A stretch of DNA of 18,516 nt from Chthoniobacteraceae bacterium (lineage in GTDB: Bacteria > Verrucomicrobiota > Verrucomicrobiia > Chthoniobacterales > Chthoniobacteraceae). The notes beneath the pieces were generated by a model, which worked only from the letters and a program-made list of their open reading frames with translations, was not told where the DNA came from and ran no database searches. The stretch is taken from positions 1 through 18,516 of the forward strand of contig JANNWY010000220.1 of the NCBI GenBank assembly GCA_031409335.1, in the 5' to 3' direction. This document shows, one piece after another, positions 7,155 to 16,186 of this stretch (its first letter is position 1; each line of letters begins with the position of its first letter). Both the position numbers and the translations under genes were made by a program.

Positions 7155-7898
7155 ATGAAAGACCGCGAACGCATCGTCATCACCGGCATTCTCACCCTCC
7201 TCGTGCTGGGCTGGCTCGGCTTTCTCTTTCACACGTCGCCGCGCTTTGCGGGCAGCGGCATGGGGGCGGTGTTTGGCATCGCGGGGGCCGTGCTCATGTT
7301 GATCCCGCTCGCCTATCCCATCGTCAAGCGCATCCCCTTTATCAACGCGCGGGTCACCAAGCATGTCTCGATGCAGACGCAGCTCGCCGTGCATGTCTAT
7401 GCGGGCATCTTCGGCCCTTTGCTCGCGATCATCCACACCGGCCACAAGTATGAAAGCTGGCTGGGAATCTCGCTCACGGCAGTGATGCTGCTCGTCGTCG
7501 TCAGTGGGTTCGCCGTGCGCTATCTGCTCACCTATGTCAATCAGGAGGTGAAAGATAAACTGCTCCTGCTCCAGACCGCCCGTGGCGATCTCGACCATGC
7601 GTGGGGCGTGCTGGAAAACACTCCGGTCGAAATGCGCGGCCTGCCGAATGCGCGCCTCCTGACGGCCGGACTGGCATCGGTGGGGATCGACCTGTCATCC
7701 GGCGGCCCAGCCGGTGAAGTGACCCGCCTCGCCGAATCCGTGGCGGACCTGGAGTATGCGGTGCGCACGCACGAGTTCTTCAAACGCTGGTTCGCCCGAA
7801 CTTTGAAGCTGCACATCGTCCTTTCCATCATGCTCTATGTGCTGCTGGGGCTTCACGTCTGGGCGGGGATTCATTTCGGGCTGAGGTGGCTACCATGA
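7155..7898 (+). CDS. Integral membrane protein, ferric-reductase-like / di-heme cytochrome b
   Basis: Several hydrophobic helices. Two carry His pairs 14 residues apart (HVYAGIFGPLLAIIH and HIVLSIMLYVLLGLH), as in bis-His heme b ligation. Confidence 0.78.
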   Translation: MKDRERIVITGILTLLVLGWLGFLFHTSPRFAGSGMGAVFGIAGAVLMLIPLAYPIVKRIPFINARVTKHVSMQTQLAVHVYAGIFGPLLAIIHTGHKYESWLGISLTAVMLLVVVSGFAVRYLLTYVNQEVKDKLLLLQTARGDLDHAWGVLENTPVEMRGLPNARLLTAGLASVGIDLSSGGPAGEVTRLAESVADLEYAVRTHEFFKRWFARTLKLHIVLSIMLYVLLGLHVWAGIHFGLRWLP

Positions 7899-8704
7899 CT
7901 CTAAAAAAAGCACTGCTGTTTGCGACCATCACCCTCGTCCTGCTGGCGCTCGCTTTCTTTGTCTTCTCCGCCCGCCACCCGGATAAAACCGCGCGTGCCA
8001 TCCTCTCGCCGGCCTCCTGGCAGCACATGGTCGTCCCCGGCGAACTGTCCCAGCCGCATGCCTTTCTCGTCAACAATTGCGCTGCGTGCCACACCGCGAA
8101 CAAGGGCGTCGAGGCGCAGAACTGCATCGTCTGCCATGCCGACAACAAGGCTGTCCTGCAACGCCAGCCGAGCGCCTTTCACGCGGACATCGGCGAGTGT
8201 GCCACCTGCCATCTCGAACATCGGGGGCGGGTGCCGAGGACGACGCAGATGGACCATGTCGCGCTCGCGCGCATCGGGTTCAAGCAACTCAAAGGCGAAC
8301 CATCGCGCGCCGGCGTGGACGTGGCGCAAATCAAACACTGGCTCGAAGAAACCAGCGCAGCGCCGCAACCAACCTTCGCCCATCTGCAACCGGAAGAAGC
8401 GCTGCTGAACTGCGCGACATGCCACCAAACCAAAGACCGGCACCGCGGTCTGTTCGGCAACGACTGCGCGCAATGCCACGGGACGACGAAATGGACACTC
8501 CCGGAGTTTCGCCATCCCTCGGCCGCGTCGCAGTCCTGCGCGCAATGTCATCAAGCGCCGCCGAGCCATTACATGATGCACTTCCAAATGATCTCGATGG
8601 GCGTCGCGCACATGAAGAAAGCGGAGGTCAGCCAATGCTTCTTCTGCCATCAGACAACCTCGTGGAACGACATCAAAGGCGTGGGCTATTACAAACATCA
8701 CTGA
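7895..8704 (+). CDS. Heptaheme c-type cytochrome with an N-terminal anchor or signal
   Basis: Seven CxxCH motifs (CAACH, CIVCH, CATCH, CATCH, CAQCH, CAQCH, CFFCH) and an N-terminal hydrophobic helix. ATG 7895 overlaps the upstream TGA. Confidence 0.9.
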   Translation: MTLKKALLFATITLVLLALAFFVFSARHPDKTARAILSPASWQHMVVPGELSQPHAFLVNNCAACHTANKGVEAQNCIVCHADNKAVLQRQPSAFHADIGECATCHLEHRGRVPRTTQMDHVALARIGFKQLKGEPSRAGVDVAQIKHWLEETSAAPQPTFAHLQPEEALLNCATCHQTKDRHRGLFGNDCAQCHGTTKWTLPEFRHPSAASQSCAQCHQAPPSHYMMHFQMISMGVAHMKKAEVSQCFFCHQTTSWNDIKGVGYYKHH

Positions 8705-8827
8705 ACCGCGAGTGCCGCTGAAGAACGCACCGCCTTTTGCTGACTACGCACTTTGCAGCTATGAAAGCGGGCCTCGCCGCTTCGTGAAACTCCACGCACT
8801 CACCATCAATCTATCCTTGGCGATGCT

Positions 8828-9523
8828 TCATACCGACACCCCAAAGAGCGCGCCGACGCCTGCCGTCACACCCATCGCCAATGCGCTCCAGAACGCGACG
8901 CGAGCGGCTCCCACCCACGGACTGGCACCGCCGGTCTGGGCCGCGACGCCGCCGAGCACGGCGAGGAAAAGCAGTGAGATGCCCACGACTGCCGGAATGA
9001 GAAACGCCTTCGAGATCATGAATGCGGTGAACAACGGAATCGCCGCGCCAACGGCGAAGGTTGCCGCCGAAGTCAGGGCCGCTTGGAGCGGCCTCGCGGC
9101 TTGGTTGGGCGTGATACCCAACTCCTCGCGTGCGTGGGCACCCAGAGCATCTTTGGTCATCAGTTGTTCGGCCACCTGCCGCGCGAGCACGGGCTCGACG
9201 CCACGCTCAACGTAGATGCTGGCCAGCTCATTCAGTTCGCTTTCGCGGTCGGAGCTGAGTTCTTTGCGCTCGCGTTCGAGGTCGGCTTTTTCGGTGTCGG
9301 ATTGCGAGCTGACGGAGACGTATTCACCTGCGGCCATCGACATCGCGCCCGCCGCCAGCCCTGCGAGACCGGCGACGAGAATTTCATTTCGCCCGGCATT
9401 GGCCGCAGCCACACCCACGACCAGGCTTGCCGTGGAGACAAGGCCGTCATTCGCGCCGAGCACCGCTGCTCGCAACCAGCCGATGCGATCCGTCCGATGG
9501 CGTTCCGAATGTTTCAAAAGCAT
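8828..9523 (-). CDS. VIT1/CCC1 family Fe/Mn transporter
   Basis: WLRAAVLGANDGLVS, GAMSMAAGEYVSVSSQSD, HAREELG. Start at ATG 9523 (alternative TTG 9544). Confidence 0.93.
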   Translation of the reverse strand: MLLKHSERHRTDRIGWLRAAVLGANDGLVSTASLVVGVAAANAGRNEILVAGLAGLAAGAMSMAAGEYVSVSSQSDTEKADLERERKELSSDRESELNELASIYVERGVEPVLARQVAEQLMTKDALGAHAREELGITPNQAARPLQAALTSAATFAVGAAIPLFTAFMISKAFLIPAVVGISLLFLAVLGGVAAQTGGASPWVGAARVAFWSALAMGVTAGVGALFGVSV

Positions 9524-9617
9524 TCCCGCGATCCTGTCCGACAATCCGCCCGCTCACGACGTTTGTTTTCAAAATCGCACCGACCATCGTGGCGCTGATG
9601 CCGCAACCGGACGACGC

Positions 9618-10148
9618 TTACGTCGCGCCGGGTTCGCCGCAGGTGCAATCCAGGCAGCCGTGCGTCGCGCAGACGCGGCAGGTCGCTTCGAGGAGTTCGC
9701 GCAGGCGGCGGCGGGCGCGGTGGAGTTGCACGGTCAGCGCGTTTGGGCTGACGCCACGCTCCGCGGCGAGAGCTGTCGGGCTGGCGCCTTCGAGGTCCAC
9801 GCGGCGGATGAGGTCGCGGTATTGCTCCGGCAATTCCGGGAGCAGGCGCTCGAAGCAGGCGCACAGGATGCGCGTCTCCTCGGCATCGGGTGTGGTGTCG
9901 GCCTCGTAGCGGGCAAGGGCGCGCTCGCGGGCATCGCGCCGTCGATGCAGGTCGATGATCGTCCGGCGGAGGATGCGGTAGAACCAGCGCACGGCATCGG
10001 CATCGGCTGGCTGGTGTTCCGCAGCGACAGCCTTGAGCAAGCTGTCCTGCACGGCATCGCGAGCCAGTTCACCGTCGCCCAACTGCGCGCGGGCAAAGCC
10101 GGTGAAGGCATCGAGATTTTCCAGCAGGACGGCAGCAGTTTCAGCCAT
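9618..10148 (-). CDS. ECF sigma-70 factor, CorE-like (CxC linker and Cys-rich C-terminal domain)
   Basis: Sigma2 motifs ARDAVQD and WFYRILRRTIID, linker LCAC, sigma4 motif LTVQLHRARRRL, and tail CRVCATHGCLDCTC. Start at ATG 10148 (MAETAA). Confidence 0.9.
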   Translation of the reverse strand: MAETAAVLLENLDAFTGFARAQLGDGELARDAVQDSLLKAVAAEHQPADADAVRWFYRILRRTIIDLHRRRDARERALARYEADTTPDAEETRILCACFERLLPELPEQYRDLIRRVDLEGASPTALAAERGVSPNALTVQLHRARRRLRELLEATCRVCATHGCLDCTCGEPGAT

Positions 10149-10154
10149 AGGCGC

Positions 10155-10183
10155 AGCATACCTGTGGACGCCGCTCGGCTCAA
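10155..10183 (-). promoter_or_regulatory. Putative sigma70-type promoter of the ECF gene (TTGAGC-N17-TATGCT), probably giving a leaderless mRNA
   Basis: The minus strand reads TTGAGC cgagcggcgtccacagg TATGCT gcgcct ATG: 17-nt spacer, 6 nt to the start codon, no SD. Confidence 0.6.
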
Positions 10184-10195
10184 TGCGCGGCGAGG

Positions 10196-10222
10196 TGTAA
10201 GGTTTCGCCACCGCCTGCGTTT
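10196..10222 (+). promoter_or_regulatory. Candidate ECF-type promoter of the copper ATPase (TGTAAG-N16-CGTTT)
   Basis: TGTAAG at 10196-10201 and CGT at 10218 resemble the ECF -35/-10 layout. It lies upstream of GAAGGA and the ATG. Only one instance was seen. Confidence 0.4.
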
Positions 10223-10246
10223 GTCTCGGTGAAGGAACCAATCGCC

Positions 10247-12649
<2,403 letters not shown>

Positions 12650-12661
12650 GGCGTCGGAAGG

Positions 12662-13276
12662 TCACGCCACCGCGCGGAAGCGGCAGTAGATGAAACGCTG
12701 TTCCGTCTTCCAAGGGGTGACGTGGATTTCGCGGCGTGTTTCGCAGAGATCGAAGTCTGCGCCCAACTCGGCGGCGAGCTTCGTCTCATCGTAGCGCGCG
12801 ACTTCGAGGCCGCTGCATTTCTCGGGGCCGTCGTTGGCGAAGGTGGCGATGATGACGTGACCGCGCGGGATGAGGGCAGACCGCAGTGCGGTCATGTATT
12901 GCCGCCGGTCCTCTGCCGCCGTGAGGAAATGAAACACGGCGCGGTCGTGCCAGACGGCGAAGCGCGTGTGCGCACGAAAAGTCGTCACATCCGCCTCGAT
13001 CCATTGCACGGCTGCCGCGCGTTGTCCGAGGCGCTCCCGCGCGTGAGCGAGGGCAGAGGCCGACACGTCCAGCACGGCAAGATTCGAGTAGCCGTCTTCC
13101 AATAGACAATCGACGAGGGTCGAGGCCCCACCACCGACATCGAGGATGCCGCCGTTACGCAGGGCTTGAGTAGCGGCAATCAATTCGAGCGAGTTGCGCG
13201 GACGCGCCTGATACCAGCTCACGTACGTCGGATCGCTGCTTTGGTAAGCAGCTTCCCAATGTTCCTTTTGATCCAT
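12662..13276 (-). CDS. Class I SAM-dependent methyltransferase
   Basis: ILDVGGGAS, VLDVSASAL, WIEADVT, WHDRAVFHFL, GPEKCSGL. Confidence 0.9.
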   Translation of the reverse strand: MDQKEHWEAAYQSSDPTYVSWYQARPRNSLELIAATQALRNGGILDVGGGASTLVDCLLEDGYSNLAVLDVSASALAHARERLGQRAAAVQWIEADVTTFRAHTRFAVWHDRAVFHFLTAAEDRRQYMTALRSALIPRGHVIIATFANDGPEKCSGLEVARYDETKLAAELGADFDLCETRREIHVTPWKTEQRFIYCRFRAVA

Positions 13277-13283
13277 GCCGTCC

Positions 13284-13775
13284 CTACGGCTTCTTGGCGT
13301 TTCGCGGATCGTCGGCAGGGTTCACATAGTTGATGACCCAAGGCCCCATGCCGTGAAACTGCACGATCGTTTCGCCCTCGATCCAGACGGCATGCACCAT
13401 TCCCGGAGGCCAGTAGCCATAAGTCCCGGCGGGCAACGCGCGGGCGTCCTCCTTCTTCGGATTGTCTCCCATCGCGAGCTTGAAGATGCCTTGAATAATC
13501 GTCACCCGCTCGGGCTTGGGATGCGTGTGGGCCGGGATGTGGAAGCCATCCGGCACCTTCACGCGCATGACGAACATTCCCTCCTTGGCCGGGTCGCCTT
13601 CGAGGACGGCGATCTTCGCGCCCGGCGGCAGCGAGGGCGGGCCATCCGTCCATTTGATCTCGACGGAAGTGTGCAACGCCATGCTGGGGGCTGCGGCGGT
13701 CGGCTGACTTTCCTGCGCGACGGCGCTGCTGCAAAAGGCGAGGGCAAGAATGGAGAGGGCAGATGCTGGTTTCAT
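13284..13775 (-). CDS. Secreted cupin-domain protein
   Basis: Signal peptide (AVA-QE), GDPAKEG, and cupin metal motifs PAHTHPKPE and PPGMVH. Confidence 0.88.
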   Translation of the reverse strand: MKPASALSILALAFCSSAVAQESQPTAAAPSMALHTSVEIKWTDGPPSLPPGAKIAVLEGDPAKEGMFVMRVKVPDGFHIPAHTHPKPERVTIIQGIFKLAMGDNPKKEDARALPAGTYGYWPPGMVHAVWIEGETIVQFHGMGPWVINYVNPADDPRNAKKP

Positions 13776-13892
13776 AATTCCGGAGGTGAGGATTCAGCCT
13801 AACGCGAACGTTGCTGTCACGTAAGCGGTTTCCATGATGGAATTGCCGCTTCGATAATCCGTCGGGCAGCGCGACGCGGCTTTTCCACTGCT

Positions 13893-14273
13893 TCACCTCT
13901 CAGCGGTCAAAGTGGTTTCTGCGAGGCGGGCTTCGTCCACAAACAAGGCGACGACGTAATCGCCAAAGGACTCCACGACGAGTGGCAGTTTTCCTTGGAT
14001 CACGGGAAAGGAGAAAGACTCCTCGCCCGTCGGGTCCGGCGTGACATCGGGCAGCGCGAGCCAGCGGTCTTTGCCGTCCGGGTAAGTCACGCGGAGGCGC
14101 ACCGTGTGCGTTTGTTCATCGGCGAGATCGAATCGTAATCGGATGACGAAGCCGACGGCCAATTTGATCGGGATCTCCGGCAGCCGCACGCCGCTGAAAA
14201 TTCCCAGGATGTTCAGCTTCCCATTGTGGAACGCGGATTGTTCGCAAAAGCAGAAGACTTCGCAGAGTGCCAT
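13893..14273 (-). CDS. Hypothetical beta-rich protein (DUF6941-like)
   Basis: LC/FC...GKLNILGIF N-terminus and GDYVVALFVD C-terminus resemble this family from memory. It is the only plausible ORF in the gap. Confidence 0.6.
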   Translation of the reverse strand: MALCEVFCFCEQSAFHNGKLNILGIFSGVRLPEIPIKLAVGFVIRLRFDLADEQTHTVRLRVTYPDGKDRWLALPDVTPDPTGEESFSFPVIQGKLPLVVESFGDYVVALFVDEARLAETTLTAER

Positions 14274-14406
14274 CGGCGTTAGGTAAAAATTCCGGCGAAC
14301 AAGAGGAACCGCATCGCGCGAGCGTGTCTCGAAAGTTGTGGGAAAGCACGCTCAGGTTGTCCGCAGTAGATTGCGCCCGCTCTGGATGGCTGCTTTCATC
14401 CCAGCC

Positions 14407-15477
14407 ATGTGTCTCCGCGCGATTCTCTTTATTACCTTCACTGTCGCCGCCTCGCTGGCGAGCGCCGCGCCAGTCGAGATCATCCCGCCCGAGTTGCGCG
14501 GTGCCGTGCAGCCGCAAGTCGCCATCGCCCCGTCTGGCGGCGTTCACGTTGTCTTTGGAAAGGACAACTCCGTCTTCCACACGACGTCGCCGGATGGACG
14601 CACGTTTTCCGCGCCGGTAAAAGTCGGCGAACTGGACAAGCTCGCGCTGCGGATGCGGCGCGGGCCGCGCGTGACGGCCACGGACAAGCTCGTGCTCGTC
14701 ACGGCCATTTCGCACACGGATGGCAACGTCCACGCATGGACTTCCGCCGACACCGGCGCGACGTGGAAAGAAAGCGCGCCGCTCAACACCGCGCCGAAAT
14801 CCGCGCGCGAAGGTTTGCAGGCGCTCGCGGGCGACGGACGCGGCCTCGTCGCCGTTGTGTGGCTCGACCTTCGCGGGAAAGGCACCGAGCCGTGGTGCCG
14901 TGTCTCGCGCGATGGCGGCGCGACGTGGGCGGATGAGGTTTCCATTTACCAATCGCCCAACGGCCACATCTGCGAGTGCTGCGTGCCGACCGTCGCCATT
15001 TCACCGATGGGCGAAATCGCCGCGATGTGGCGCAACTGGCTCGGCGGCTCGCGCGACCTCTACATGGCTACCAGTCGCGACGGACGCACTTTTTCTCCCG
15101 CGGAAAAACTCGGCACCGGCACCTGGAAGCTCAACGGCTGTCCGATGGACGGCGGCAGCCTCGCCTTTGCGCCCGGCGGAAACTGGCTAGCCGTCTGGCG
15201 GCGCGAGCGCGCCATTTTCGCCACCGAAGCAGCCCTGCCCGAAACGCAACTCGCGCCCAATGCCGTGGAACCCCTCGTCGGCTTCGCGGCCAAGACGCCG
15301 CTGAAGCTGTGGGAGGCCAATGGTGCGCTCATGCTCCAGCGCGGCAGCGAAACTCCCGCGCGCTTTGCCGAAAGCGCAGCCGCCGCGTGCATCGCCAGCG
15401 GTGATGATTCCGCAGTCGTCGTGTGGGAAGGCACGGCGGGGGGTGCCAGGACGATCCTGCTCAACCGCGTGCGCTGA
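14407..15477 (+). CDS. Exported Asp-box/BNR-repeat (sialidase-fold) protein with CECC and GCP motifs
   Basis: Signal peptide (ASA-AP), Asp boxes SPDGRTF, SADTGATW, SRDGGATW, SRDGRTF, plus HICECC and NGCPMDG. Start at ATG 14407 (alternative 14386). Confidence 0.85.
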   Translation: MCLRAILFITFTVAASLASAAPVEIIPPELRGAVQPQVAIAPSGGVHVVFGKDNSVFHTTSPDGRTFSAPVKVGELDKLALRMRRGPRVTATDKLVLVTAISHTDGNVHAWTSADTGATWKESAPLNTAPKSAREGLQALAGDGRGLVAVVWLDLRGKGTEPWCRVSRDGGATWADEVSIYQSPNGHICECCVPTVAISPMGEIAAMWRNWLGGSRDLYMATSRDGRTFSPAEKLGTGTWKLNGCPMDGGSLAFAPGGNWLAVWRRERAIFATEAALPETQLAPNAVEPLVGFAAKTPLKLWEANGALMLQRGSETPARFAESAAAACIASGDDSAVVVWEGTAGGARTILLNRVR

Positions 15478-15504
15478 TTCATGCCGGCCGCAGGGGCGAC
15501 GCAG

Positions 15505-15738
15505 CTACAGCTTGCCCTCAAATTCGATCAGCCGCTCCAACGCTTCCGTGAAGTCTTTGAACGCCTCCGCCGGGAGCATGATGGTGTCGCGGCGACCGCC
15601 CACGTCTTCGGTGATTTTCAGAAATCGTCCGCGCTGATTCTCTTTGAGATCGAGGAAGAAAATCTTCCGCTCATGCACAATTTTTTCGGACGCGATGGGT
15701 GCGGTGTGCATCCGCTCGCCGGGTGAGTCGTTCATCAT
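15505..15738 (-). CDS. PUR-family (PurA/DUF3276-like) ssDNA/RNA-binding protein
   Basis: RKIFFLDLKENQRGRFLKITE...RRDTIMLP matches a single PUR repeat. Confidence 0.85.
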   Translation of the reverse strand: MMNDSPGERMHTAPIASEKIVHERKIFFLDLKENQRGRFLKITEDVGGRRDTIMLPAEAFKDFTEALERLIEFEGKL

Positions 15739-15781
15739 GGGTTTAATTAGTTACCGGCAGGTGAGATGTGTGAGGGGGCGA

Positions 15782-16186
15782 TTACTTGTGAGGCTGGTGG
15801 TGCTCCTGGTCGCGGAGAAAGCGGGTGCCGTCGGCTGGGTTCATTACGGCAGCCATTTCAGCATGGTGCGCGGCGGTGTCGCCGGGACCGTGGCCCGGCC
15901 TCGTAAGGCGGTTGCCGGTGCCGTGGAAGGCGAATTCGATTTCGAGGATGCGGCGGGCTTGCGCGTCGTTGAGATGATAGGTCGTGCGCCACTCGTCGAT
16001 GGTGCTGGTGAGCGACTTTGCAAAAGCCGCCTTTTCCACTGATATGCGGTAGGCGATCGAACCCCCCACGATGCCAAAAATCAGGGCGATGATGCCCCAG
16101 ATTTGCAGCAGGTCTTTGCGGCTGAATTTCGTCAGCTTCGCGGCCTCGCCTCGCAGATTTCTTTTCTGTTTCGGCGGGCGTTTCAC
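15782..16186 (-). CDS. Single-pass membrane protein with a His-rich helical extracytoplasmic domain
   Basis: GTG 16186 overlaps the ATPase TGA. Basic N-terminus, one TM helix (IWGIIALIFGIVGGSIAY), then HLNDAQ, AAHHAEM and EHHQPHK. Confidence 0.7.
   Translation of the reverse strand: MKRPPKQKRNLRGEAAKLTKFSRKDLLQIWGIIALIFGIVGGSIAYRISVEKAAFAKSLTSTIDEWRTTYHLNDAQARRILEIEFAFHGTGNRLTRPGHGPGDTAAHHAEMAAVMNPADGTRFLRDQEHHQPHK

Noticed and set aside
8765..8782. Hairpin AAGCGG-N6-CCGCTT between convergent genes
   Set aside because: A short 6-bp stem with only minimal U-tracts, too weak to call a terminator.
13219..13896. 225-aa minus-strand ORF
   Set aside because: An alternative frame over the cupin gene, Arg-rich and without motifs.
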